From contig OX597832.1 in the NCBI GenBank assembly GCA_951406725.2, positions 2,170,001 through 2,234,000 on the forward strand: DNA of 64,000 bases, read 5' to 3'. The notes under the pieces are model-generated. The model ran no database searches and was not told the DNA's origin. It saw only the letters and a list, made by a program, of their open reading frames with translations. The stretch's first letter is position 1. Each line of letters opens with the position of its first letter. Position numbers and translations under genes: made by a program. The DNA comes from Octopus vulgaris (Eukaryota). Below are positions 23,480-35,439 of this stretch, in pieces.

Positions 23480-25889
23480 ACAGATGTGTGTGTGTGAGTG
23501 TGTGCGTGTGCGTGTGTGTATGTGTGTGTGTGAGGCGAGATAAAAAAACAAAAAATATATGTATGTGTTAGTGTGTGCGTCTGTGTGTAGGCGTGTGAGG
23601 TAGGGCGAGACGGTGGTCAGCATAGCAGCAGCATAGCAGACAAAGGTCAGTAGTAAGAAAAGGGAGGAAGGAGGAAGGGAGGGAGGGGAAGGGGTGGGGG
23701 CGTATGTAGCGTGCCAGCGTGTGTTGAGTAGTAGTGTGTGTGTGTGTGTCCAGTGTCGTGGTAGTATTAATGGCGAGTAGATTGAATGTGTGTAAGAGTA
23801 ATGTATATATTTAAGCAATGTGTGTATATGTGTGCGCGTGTGTGTAACGAAAAAGGGGGGGGGTTAAGGAAAAGGACTCCAGCTGAGGGGAAGATGGAAG
23901 AGTGGTCCCGCGGAGACGGGCGTGGGAAAACCCAACGACAAGCGACATCCCAGGGACGGGCGGGAGGTCTCGTCGGGTCCAAGGGCGAGGTGCATGCGGC
24001 GCGCATGCGTGCGCGAACCGGCGCAAGTGCGTGTGTGCGCGCGCCTGCGAGTGTGCGCGTAAGTATGTGTGTGTGTGGATGTGTGAGTGTGTCTGTGTGT
24101 ATGTCTGGGTGGCAGTGTGTCCGATGAATGTATGTGAGTATGTGTGTATATATGTGTGTGCATAGATGTATGTCCGTGTGTGTGTGTGTGTATGTGTATG
24201 AGTGTGTATGTATGTGCGTGTGGGTGTGGGGAAGTGTGTGTATGTGCATTGTGTGTGCGAACATACAGGTGTGTGAGTGAGTGTGTGTGTGTGTATGTAT
24301 GTGTGAGTGTGTATGTATGTGTGTGTAGGATGCATGTATGTGTATGGGTGTATGTATGCGTGTGTGTATGTATGTATGTGTACGTGCGTGTGTGTGTGTG
24401 TATGCGTGTAGGTGTGCGCGTGTGCATGCGTGCATGCATGTGCGTATGTGTGTGAGTGTGCATGTGTGTGGGTATATATGTATGTGCGTATATGTGTGTG
24501 TATGTGCGTACATGTGTGTGTGTGTATGCATGTGTGTGTGTAGGCGTGTGTGTATAGGTGTATGTATGTAAGTATGTATGGGTGTGTCCGTGTATGTGTT
24601 TGTATGTATGTGTGTGTATGTAGCTGTGTGGGCGTGTGTATATGTGTGTGTATGTAGGTGTGTGTGGGCGTGTGTATATAGGTGTATGTATGTATGTCTG
24701 GGTGTGTCCGTGCATGTTTGTGTGTGTGTGTGTATGCATGTGTATGTAGGTGTGTGTGTACGTGTGTAATGTATGTGTGTATGCGTGTGTATGCGTGCGT
24801 GTGTGTATGTAGGTGCGTGTGTATGTGTGTGGGAGTGTAGGTGTGTGTGTGCGTGTGCGTGTTTATGTTGGTGTGTGCGTATGTGAGTGTGAGTGTATGA
24901 GTGTTTGTCATGCATGTGTGTGCGCGTGCAGGTGTGTGTGTGTGTAAGTATGTGTGTGTGTATGTTTGTGTGAGTGTGTATGTGCGTATGTCTGTGTGTA
25001 TGTATGTGCGTATAGGAGTATGTAGGTATGTGTGTGTGTATGTATATGGGTGTATGTATGTATGTGTGTGTGTGTGTGCATGTGTATAAGTATATGCGTG
25101 TGTGCGTATGTGTGTGTATGTGTATGTGTGTGTGTTTATGTATGTGTGTATGTATGTGTGTAGGCGTGAGTGTGTAGATGTATGTATGTATGGGTGTGTG
25201 GCAGTGTGTGGCAGTGTGTGTGTGTAGGTAGATGTGTGTGTCTGAGTGAGGGTATGGCTGTGTAGGTGTGTGTGTGTATGAATGTAAGTGTGTGTGTATA
25301 CAAGTGTAATGTATGTATGTAGGTGTGTGTGTGTGTATGTGTACGTGTGCGTGTGTATGTGTGTGTGTGTATGCGTGTGAGTGTGAGTGTAGGGGTGTAT
25401 GTCTGTGTGTGTGTATGTCTGAAGTGGGTATGTGTGTGTATGTATGTATGTGTGTGTGTGTGTGCGGGTATGTGTGTGTGTATGTGTGTGTGTGAGTAGG
25501 TGTGCGTGTATGTCTGTGGGTAGGGATGCATGCGAGTGTGTGGGTATGTATGCAAACATACGCATGCGCACATCCGAAGCAAGCCCACACACACGAAGCG
25601 CGCTCACGCACACAACGCACAAGCAGTACAACGCAAGCCCAAAGGGGCCGACCAAGCCCCCAACGCGCGCCAAGGCGCGCGAGCGCAAAGGCCCTCGAAC
25701 GCCCCGCTACGCGGGAACCGAGGATCCATCAGCCAAAACCGGAAAGCAGAAAAGAGGGGGGCTGCCTGGATGCAAAAAGGTGTATGTGTGTGTGCATTCA
25801 GTGTACGGGTGTGCATGTGTGGGTATGTGTGTATGTATGTGCCTACATGTATGTGTGCATGTGTGTGTGTGTGAAGTATGTACGTGCGG

Positions 25890-25920
<31 letters not shown>

Positions 25921-26145
25921 GCGTATGTATGTGTGTGTGTATGTGTGTATGTATGTCTGTGTGTGTGTGTGTGTGTAAGTATGTATGCGTGTGTGTATGT
26001 ATGTATGTGTGTGTGTATGTGCATGTGTGTCTGTAAGTGTGTGTGATTAAATGTGTGAATGTATGTACGTAGATGGGTCTACGTATGTGTGTGTGTGAAC
26101 AGGCGTGTGGGAGGTAGGTGGGTGGGTGTGTGTGGGTGGTGTGTC
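23480..26145. repeat. Cryptically simple (TG/TA/CG) dinucleotide-like tract
   Basis: ~2.7 kb of degenerate TG repeats; the source of the 617- and 625-aa His/Thr ORFs. Confidence 0.95.
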
Positions 26146-26175
26146 CGAAAAAAAAAAAAAAAAAAAAAACGGATC

Positions 26176-27112
26176 TCAAGAGGAGGGGGCTGTGTTAAGT
26201 CCGTGTGGGGTGGTAGTTTGTAGGGTGAAGATGTAGCGTTAGCGTTGCTCCAAGTGGAGCCTGGAAAGTGGGCGACCATTGTGGGGGGCGAGACCAAACA
26301 CTGAGATGTCATCTCGGGAATGGCCGGCCGAGCGGAAGTGGCGTGCGACGGGAGAAAAAGAGTGTAGGCGAACGTCCCTCAAGTGTTCAGTGAAACGGTC
26401 GGACAACCGGCGTCCCGTCTGTCCTACATACAGCATCCCGCATAGGTTGCATTTAATGCAGTAAATAAGGCCAGACGAGGTGCACGTAAAAGAGTGCCTA
26501 ATGCGTACAGTATGCAGGTTGGAGCCGGTGACAGCGGTGGTGTTGGTGATGAAGGGGCAAGTGTTGCAGCGGGATCTAGAGCAAGGGAATGATCCGTGTG
26601 GGGCTGAGGGGGAAGGAGAGAGGGTGCTGTGGACCAGGAGGTCACGCAGATTGCGGGCTCGTTTGAAAGAGGACAGGGGTGGGTTAGGGAAAATGGGGCG
26701 GGTGGTGGGATCAAGCTGGAGGCGACGGAAGGCACGTAGTATCTTGCGACGAAGGGGTAGGGTATAGGGGTGGAAAAGGAGGGGGAAGGGGGTGCGGTTG
26801 GGGGGTGGGCGGGGGGAAGGAGACAGGGCGGTAGTGCGGTCGATGCGACGGGCGCGGGTGAGGGCATCAGAGAGGAGTGTGGGTGGGTAACCTCGGAGTC
26901 TGAACATGCGGGCCAGGTATTGAGATTGGGTCTCGAAATCCTGGTCGCGGCTGCACAAACGTCGGAGGCGGAGGAACTGGGAGTAGGGGATGGCTCGTTT
27001 GGTGTGGAAGGGGTGGGAGGAAGAGAAGTTGAGATAGAGGTGGGAATCCGTAGGTTTAAAGAAGGCGGTGGTGGTGAGAGAGCTGGAGGGGTGATCGATG
27101 CGGAGAGAGATG
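26176..27112 (-). pseudogene. PLE RT thumb, Cys-rich linker and GIY-YIG endonuclease; one premature stop
   Basis: FKPTDSHLYLNFSSSHP, AIPYSQFLRLRRLCS, RGYP, FKRARNLRDLLVHS, CSRSRCNTC, FTCTSSGLIYCIKCNLCGMLYVGQTGRRLSDRFTEH, VARHF, EQR*RYIFTLQT..PHGLN. Confidence 0.95.
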
Positions 27113-27146
27113 TGTGTGTGTGTGTGTGTGTGTGTGTTTGTATGTG

Positions 27147-27239
<93 letters not shown>

Positions 27240-27578
27240 GTGAAGGCGCATGACTCAGAGGTTAGAGCGTCGAGCTTACGATCGTGAGGTTGTAAGTTCG
27301 AATCCCGGACCGGGCTGCGTGTTGTGTTCTTGAGCAAGACACTTTATTTCACGTTGTTCCAGTTCACTCAGCTGTAGAAATGAGTAGCGACATCACTGGT
27401 GCCAAGCTGTATCGGCCCCTTTGCCTTTCCCTTGGATAACACTGGTGGCGTGGAGAGGGGAGGATGGTATGCGTGGGCGACTGCTGGTCTTTCCTAAAAC
27501 AACCTCGCCCGGACCTGTGCCTAGGAGGGTAACTTTCTAGGTGCAATCCCATGGTCAGTCATGACCGAAGGGGGTCTC
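27240..27578 (+). mobile_element. tRNA-derived SINE, full length
   Basis: Head GTGAAGGCGCATGACTCAGAGGTTAGAGCG, B-box GTTCGAATCCC, core TGTGTTCTTGAGCAAGACACTTTATTTCACGTTG. Confidence 0.9.
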
Positions 27579-27682
27579 AGCATGTGTATGTGTGTGTGTG
27601 TGTGTATGTGTGTGTGTGCGTGTGTGTGTGTGCGTGTGTGTGTGTGTGTGTGTGCGTGTGTGAGTGTGTTTGTGTTTGTGTG

Positions 27683-27935
27683 TGGAGGCGCGTGGCTTAG
27701 TGGTTAGGGTGCCAGCATCATGATCGTAATATTGTGGTTTCGATTCCTGGACCGGACGATGACTTGTGTTCTTGAGCAAAACACTTCATTTCACGTTGCT
27801 CCAGTCCACTCAGCTGGCAAAAATTAGTAACGCTGCAATGGACTGGCGTCCCATCCAGCTGGGGAACACACACGCTATAGAAACCGGGAAACCGGGCCCA
27901 TGAGCCTGGCTAGGCTTTAAAAAGGTGCATTTATT
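27683..27935 (+). mobile_element. tRNA-derived SINE with the same core and a different tail
   Basis: A-box TGGCTTAGTGG, B-box GTTTCGATTCC, shared core, tail TGGACTGGCGTCCCATCCAG...GAAACCGGG. Confidence 0.88.
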
Positions 27936-27989
27936 TATTATATATATATATCATCAGTAGTTCATATAACCGAAAAAGAGACACACTAA

Positions 27990-28275
27990 AGCATTAAAGC
28001 ATTAATAAACTTTTTAGGAAGTTAAAAGCGCTTTATAGGTGCAAGACCAATGGTCACTCTATAACCATTGGTCTTGCACCTATTGATATGCGCCTTCGCA
28101 CATACCAATATAACTTTTCTTATTGTTTGACGTGTTTAAGTTATGCAACTTTAAGTTGCATATCTGATCTAATGGACAAGAAACTGCATTTCTACATGGA
28201 CCACTAGAATGATATGTTTGGTGGGTTTGTTTCGGATAATTTTCTTCCTGTTGGAAACGTGTTGGAATAGACAAC
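27990..28275 (-). mobile_element. Degenerate PLE linker/GIY-YIG fragment
   Basis: PCRNAVSCPLDQIC...TSNNKKSYIGMCEG. Confidence 0.6.
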
Positions 28276-29279
28276 CTACGGTCTTCAAAATTATGAATTC
28301 ATTGGTACATTTTCTCTGAAAAAGATCGAATGGTCATGACTGGAATGTCCACTCGACCAAACCTGACCTTGGGATTAAAAATTATTCAAGTATTCAAGGC
28401 AAAAATTGACGTCAAATGTAGTAAGATTAAATTGAAACACAATTCATCAAAAATATAGATTTAAATAATTGGCGCTCTTGACACACATCTACCATGACTA
28501 CAAAAAGTGAGTTGAAGGGAAATAACTCAAGTGAGCCAATGGTATGAACTTATAAGATTCAGATAGATGATGATGTATTGAATAACAGGCACAAAAACAT
28601 CTCGATGTTTTTGTTTTTTTTTTTTCTTTGCTTTAGTCATTCAATAGGTTACCACCTGCTTCAGTTTTCTGCCATGAAATTTATTAGACGGAAATTGTGT
28701 GGAAACCAGTCTAGGAGAACGTTTCTGTTCTTAGATAGATTTAGTCTGCACTTTACTAAACACCATCTCGTAGCTTTTGTGTGCCTTTAGCAGATTCTAC
28801 TCTGTTGTAAGCCTTTTGGGTCAGGTCCCCGATTTAAGAATAAATTCTTCCTTTCTTTCCACTTGCCCACTTGCGTCAAAAGACCTGAACAGGGTTATGA
28901 GTGCTGCTCTTCTTTCTCTAACTAAGCCAAGTCATAAAATACGAAGTGTGAAAGAAGAAGAAGAAGAAGAAGAAGAAGAAGAAGAAGAAGGTAGGCAGAG
29001 GAGGAGGAGGACCTCTAGAAATATTACAATTATAATAAGAATATGAACAAGAAAGAACACAGCAGTAGCACAAGAACATCAGTAACAACAAAAACAAGCT
29101 CGAAAAAATCCCTTCAACTCTCTATTCAGTTCAGTTTTGGTTATTCCTATCTACATCCCGTCATCTGCGATGTGGCTTTACATCATCAAACCCCTCTCTC
29201 GAGCTTGTAACGTGAGCAACAGGTAAACTCCCGTCTTAACTGAGCCAAACCAAACGGGATTAATAATTGCTTTCCACAT

Positions 29280-29705
29280 GCGCGCGCGCACACACATACA
29301 CTTCTTTACACATCCACACTTCTTTACATATACACACACGCTCACACATACACACCCACATAAATATATTTAACATACAGTTTCTTACCTCCCTTGGCAG
29401 TATTACACGCTATTATACAACATATTTGTACACCTTATCTACTTTGGCAGTCAAACAGTCTTTTGGCTGGGAAATATTCCATTCTATACACTTCCATTAA
29501 TTCTTTCATCATATGGTCTTCATTGTAAACACTGTTTTCCACGGAATTTTCTTCATTTTTTTATCTGCTCTGCTTATTCTTGACGAAGACCTACTGTCAG
29601 AAATGGTGAACTCTCTGTTGTTCCTTCCTTACGGCGAGAAATTAATTACCTTGTACTCTTGTCCGCTATTTATTGGCTTTCTGTTGTTTTTGCTTCTGAA
29701 ATAGT
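29280..29705 (+). mobile_element. Degenerate PLE 3' terminus
   Basis: CA-rich stretch, then TTGACGA-A-GAC(CTACT)GTC-AGAAA (decayed hammerhead-like motif, 29580-29603) and a T-rich end, parallel to the other PLE ends. Confidence 0.45.
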
Positions 29706-30988
29706 TTTCGATGTTCGAAAACAAATCAGCAAGAACAAGAAAAACGAAAACAAAAGCATGGGGGGGACCAAATCAACAAGTAACCAAAATGTCGGAACTG
29801 TGAAAGATCGTAAGGAGAAAAAATATATAATTGGGAAGAAGAAATGCAAGAAAAAAATTAGGATATTGTGCGATAAACTGTATAGAAACTAGGTTTCAAA
29901 TGCATGTAGATTGAATTAAAGTTATGTACAGCATCGCAAAAGAAGTAAATGCATTAAATGTGTATTTGTAATCTTCATGAAACATACAGACTGCTGTTCC
30001 GCTATCCTGTATAAGAGAAGACTAATTCATTACAGAAGATCAATAATAACAAATGTGCATTAGAAATATTGAAGCCGAAATGATATTTTTTTACGTCTTT
30101 ATTCGCTGTACAAAGATATTGTCATATTATCACATTTCTTGGTTTTATGAATTGAGTTAAAATGTTTATTGTGCTCTCTCCTCTGTATACTTTTCTTACT
30201 CTCTCTCCGTTTCTCACTCTTTCTCTATCTCTGTATATAACACACGCAAACACATATATATAATTATTTAACTACCACCGTCCTCAAATGAGATTAATTT
30301 TGTTTTATATTTTTCATTGTTATCGCAGCTATGAGTACCTCGAAAGTCGCCTTGTCTCTGATTCAGTAATTGTTTTTAGTGGTATTATTGTAATTTTACT
30401 GATTCTTTTTATGCTTGCGTCCCCCGGAATCTAACAACTTGATTGGTTGAATGAACTGTACATCGTATACCCAGAGTATTCAGAAAAATCCAACAGGAAT
30501 TAATCTTATTCCAATCGATGAAGTACCCACACACGGCTGTTGCTGAAAAATATTCAACTATATCTATTTATAAAGTATGATCTTCTATAATGGAATATGA
30601 ATATAAACTCAGTAACTTAAAGCTGGTGTGCGGTGTAGAAACAAATGTTGTGATCTATATTAGAGCCTTTTATCCTCCATCCCCGAAATTTCAAGAAGGA
30701 TCCTCTCCCTTCTTCGCTACCCCTCCAACCTGGACAGGTTTATTTTTTCTCTGAACAGCAATTATATGCATTATATAAATTTTATGCATAAAAGATACAT
30801 GCCGCCCCCTCGTTACACAAATATATGGGCACCACACATATCCATGACAACACGATACACACAAATTTATGAGCCCACAACTCCATGAACTGACAATCCC
30901 AGAAATAATTCCAGGGAAGAGATGTGAAACTCCACAATCATGAGTACACATCCGAACACGCACAAAATCCATTATGCAGATGCAAAGA

Positions 30989-31020
<32 letters not shown>

Positions 31021-31720
31021 TATGTGCGGGTGTTCATGCGCGCATTTTGTGTATATATATATATATGTATAAATATATATGGACATCTACATGTGTGTAT
31101 GTGTGTGTGTGCATGTGTGTTTGTATGTGTGTGTGCACGTGCGTATGACAACACATAATTCACAGGACGAATTTATGCACAAAATTATGAATATAGACAC
31201 AAACTTGTGTATAAATAGTCACAGAGACTTATAAATATTCGATCCTATGAATTCACAACACTATGTACCAAATTTTATGCCAAACATATCTTTCAAAAAC
31301 GTGAAACTCCGCAATCAGGTACACACGCACATGCAAATCCGATACAATATGTGCACTCAATAAAAATGCATAATGCGAGTACGATTATGTGAGCCAGTAT
31401 AAAATTCAAAATTTAAATTTAATGCATGGGAGACAATAATTTGCGAGTTGTCCCCTACCCTTGATGGGTACATGTGGTTGTTTACTCAAAAACCTCGCGC
31501 ATTCTCACGTGATTTTATTGTGTTTTCTTCCGCAATGGAGACGAAAACCCACGTACCGTCAGACAGGTTTGATGATTATTAAGAGATGTCTGGCTTAACA
31601 TGAAACCAATGGTAGCCTGGTTAACCTACAAATAAAAAAGTATTTTATATACGTATATACATAAGTATATATATAGAGAGAGAAAGAGAGAGAGAGAGAA
31701 CAAAGTATACGTACGCCGCC

Positions 31721-31756
<36 letters not shown>

Positions 31757-31765
31757 AAAATGAAA

Positions 31766-31941
31766 TAAAATACAAAATGGGACAAGAACGCAAAACGGGA
31801 CAGCCGAAATTGCGAGGATGATCCGGTTCTTGACTGAAGATAAAAGGCTTCGAATGACCCGTCCGTGATTTTTTTTGTATCGTCTATCTGGCTGTTTTGT
31901 TGTCCCGTTTTGCGTTCTTGTCCCATTTGTATTGTATTTTA
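31766..31941. repeat. Short fold-back element between (TG)n and (TA)n
   Basis: AAATGGGACAAGAACGCAAAACGGGACA (31775-31802) is perfectly inverted at 31901-31928. Confidence 0.85.
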
Positions 31942-32034
<93 letters not shown>

Positions 32035-32078
32035 GTATTCATACACATATATACATACATATATGTACATAAACATAT

Positions 32079-32110
<32 letters not shown>

Positions 32111-32154
32111 GTACATATAGTCAGACAGACAGACAGACTGATATATATATATAT

Positions 32155-32232
<78 letters not shown>

Positions 32233-32492
32233 TATATTTTGTGTGTACAAATTGATGAACGACTGTTACTGCTATGTTTTGAGCTCCACATAGATTATCA
32301 TATTAGTATTACTAGTTATGAAATACAAAGCAAATGTAGACGAAATTATGATAAATACAAGTTTATATTATTAGTTCCTATGTATGTTTCACCATTATGG
32401 TGGCTTGGAACTTAGCAATTTACTCCAATTCTTTCTTTCTTCTTTTCTATCTCTTCATCTTTCTCTCTTCATACTCTCTTCTATCTCACTTT

Positions 32493-32536
<44 letters not shown>

Positions 32537-33192
32537 TTTAGTCTCTTTTTGCCTTCTCAGTCAATTGTTTTCCTTATATTTCCCTTTCAAAATACATATA
32601 AAGTGCTTCTGGTTAAGAATTCAATTGTACGTGGAACACTCCATGTTGGGTTCTAAACAGTCATAATGGTGAAACATACGTAAAAACTAATAATATTTTC
32701 ACCGGTTGCTTGTCTGTTGAATAGCGGGAAATGATAATATATTTCATTGGCTACATGAATAATAACTGGAACAAACTCGCGGGCTTTAACGGAAAACATT
32801 TATTGCCGGACACAACGATATCTTGTGTTAGCTATTTACAATGAACAATATAAATAATTGCCGACTGGGATGAAGAGAAAAGCCGCGCCGTCTCCGTAGA
32901 AGTTACGAGAAATTATGTGACTGTTCAGTTCGGTCTTTCTGAGAACCTGGAGTTGTTATACAAATGTATAGAACCGTTTGCATGGCAAGAGTGGAGACGT
33001 AAGCCAACCAGTTGCCTTCAACACTCTGCGGTTAATTGAATGCCAAAACGTTTTTTATAGGGGACAGAAAGAATACTCGCAAAAACCCTTATCACACCAC
33101 AACCTCACACTGATTGGTCGATTTATGTGGTTCGATCGTAGTGTCTGAGTATCTAGCGGTAAGATTTGGGATGACCACTACAATAGAATCTC

Positions 33193-33270
<78 letters not shown>

Positions 33271-34610
33271 GCAACCATGCATGCATGTATGTATGTATGT
33301 ATGTATGTATGTATGTATGTATGTATGTATGTATGTATGTATGTAGGCGTAGGTACCCACGCTACCTTCCTTATCTACTACAATGCATATGATTCTACCT
33401 TTGAAATCGCCCTCACCACCCACTAGCCTGCACACTATCTTAGGTCATCTTCTGCTGGATACAATCACTAATAGCCCTAACACCACTCCATCCACATGCT
33501 ATAACCCTAACCACCATTTACTCATAAAACCAATTACATACTTTATGTCTCTCTTATGTTCATCTGTGTATCTTTCATGTATTTTTCTTGCATTTCTATT
33601 TTTCCCGCTTTCCTCATGTTTTCTTTATATTACTGTTGCTTTATTATAGTGCCTTTATTGAACTGATGCATTATAATTAACATTTTATGTGTATCATGAG
33701 AATCACCGTTATTATCAGCACCCTCATTACTATTCTCACCTTCACACTTCTATCCTCAATAATTAATTAGTTCTTGTCTTTTGCTAATTAGTCTTTAACT
33801 CTTATTAATTTTTATATAATTTTATCGCTTTGTTTATCCATCAGTTTTCCGAATTTATTATTTTATTTAATCACTAATTCACTACGTCCAAAGTTATCTC
33901 GTAAATGACCAACTTACGATTTCATTTATTTATTTATTCAATTATTTATTTCTTCACCACCGAATATTTATTATGACATTATTATTTTATTTTCATTTAT
34001 TCATAATTACATTTTCACTTGTATCAACATTAGCATTATTATTAATTCTTAAATAGTGCTGGGGTCGTTCCTGTCGTATATTACCCCGTCCCCAATTAAG
34101 TTCTGGCCTTGTACTTATACTGTAGTAACCTTAGAATTAGCAGTATTGATCGCTTCTAAACTTACTGGGGTAATCGATTTCTTTCATTTTTTTCACCCCT
34201 TTTTTTCCTATTTATCAACATTAATATTAGTATTTATAGAAATATTATCATCAGTATCATTCCCATTATTAAGAGCAGTAATGTCTTTTTTTCTTTTTTT
34301 CAACTTTATTTATTCATCTTTCATCATACTAATCTCACACACTAATCATCTACTTTCTGAAATTCCTGTAGCATCCCTTCTGCTGTTCTCGCTACCTTTC
34401 CAAGCCGCAGTCGTTAGTTGTCTTTTTACCATTCACTCTTCCCTGCCGTTCCCTTCTCAAGCGCCATTCCTTTTCCTTTTGTCACCCTTTACTTTTCCCT
34501 TTCTCTTTAGTTTATATACGCTATTTTTTAAAGGGTCAAGTAGACGAATCTAATGACCTGACCACAAAACCCAAAAGTTGTGCAAGCATCAAGTCAAACA
34601 ACAACAATAA

Positions 34611-35345
34611 GACGATCTTTTCTGTTTGGCTGCCACTTTTCAATTTCTTCAATTTTTGTTCCAATTGATTTCATATTTGGTGTATTGGTGTAATTTTGCA
34701 AAGTAATCATGAGCATGAAATTCATTTTCGCCATAAATCAATAAATTAAGAGTTAATAGCTTTTATGTTTTCAAATTTTGGGTAATTTTAGCCAATCGAA
34801 AACCACATATAGTTGCCACTTTCCATTGTAACAAACCAGGCTGTTCTATTTGTCGCTTATTAAATTTATCAAATGCTTAAAAATAACAGCTAAATAAGAT
34901 TAAATCACGCACGACGTTTTTTCTTTTGCCTAATCTTATGAATTCCTGTGTGTAGAATACAAATTCTACACACAGAATTCCTGTTTGTAAAATACAAACG
35001 GCGGCGAGCTGGCAGAAACGTTAGCACGCCGGGCGAAATGCTTAGCAGTATTTCGTCTACTGTTACGTTCTGAGTTCAAATTCCGCCGAGGTCGTCTTTG
35101 CCTTTTATCCTCTCGGGGTCGATAAATTAAGTACCAGTTAACCACTGGGGTTGATGTAATCGACTTAATCCCTTTGTCTGTCCTTGTTTGTCCCCTCTAT
35201 GTTTAGCCCCTTGTGAGTAATAAAGAAATAAGGATACAAATTCATTAAAAATTTTCAGAAAATTCCAAAAAATGAAAAAGTTATGAGTGGTTATATGGCA
35301 TGCATAAAGCAGTTCCACAGGTGCAACCAAACAGAAAATATCGCA
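34611..35345. mobile_element. Non-autonomous DNA transposon (TAA/TTAA flanks; Harbinger- or Kolobok-like) carrying a SINE insertion
   Basis: TIR-like CGATCTTTTCTGTTTGGCTGCCAC versus GTGCAACCAAACAGAAAATATCG; TAA on the left, TTAA on the right. Confidence 0.55.
34999..35232 (+). mobile_element. tRNA-derived SINE monomer (family of 9888-10124)
   Basis: GGCGGCGAGCTGGCAGAAACG...GAGTTCAAATTCCGCCGAGG...CCCCTTGTGAGTAATAAAGAAATA; possible TSD ATACAAA. Confidence 0.9.
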
Positions 35346-35439
35346 TTAAGAAAATGATAATCGTTTCAAAGCACATAAAGCTAGAACGAAAAGAGTGAAG
35401 ATAGACGCATCTCATTCTTTCCAGTATACCGCAAAGAAG

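Larger units (their letters stand above)
23185..27112 (-). mobile_element. Penelope-like retroelement (Neptune type), 5'-truncated, with a very long CA-rich 3' region
   Basis: ORF at 26176-27112, (CA)-rich tract at 23480-26145 and hammerhead-like terminus at 23281-23307. The element at 54918-55850 has the same order of parts. Inclusion of the whole tract in the element is inferred. Confidence 0.8.

Noticed and set aside
23767-25688. 617- and 625-aa His/Thr-rich ORFs
   Set aside because: Degenerate (CA)n rarely contains stop codons and several frames are open at once; there is no domain or codon signal.
27240-27315. SINE heads as true tRNA genes
   Set aside because: A and B boxes are present, but they run into SINE core and tail sequence and lack a clean cloverleaf and terminator.
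30860-31350. Weak ~380-bp-period duplication (GTGAAACTCC.CAATCA twice)
   Set aside because: Too degenerate and microsatellite-rich to define boundaries or meaning.
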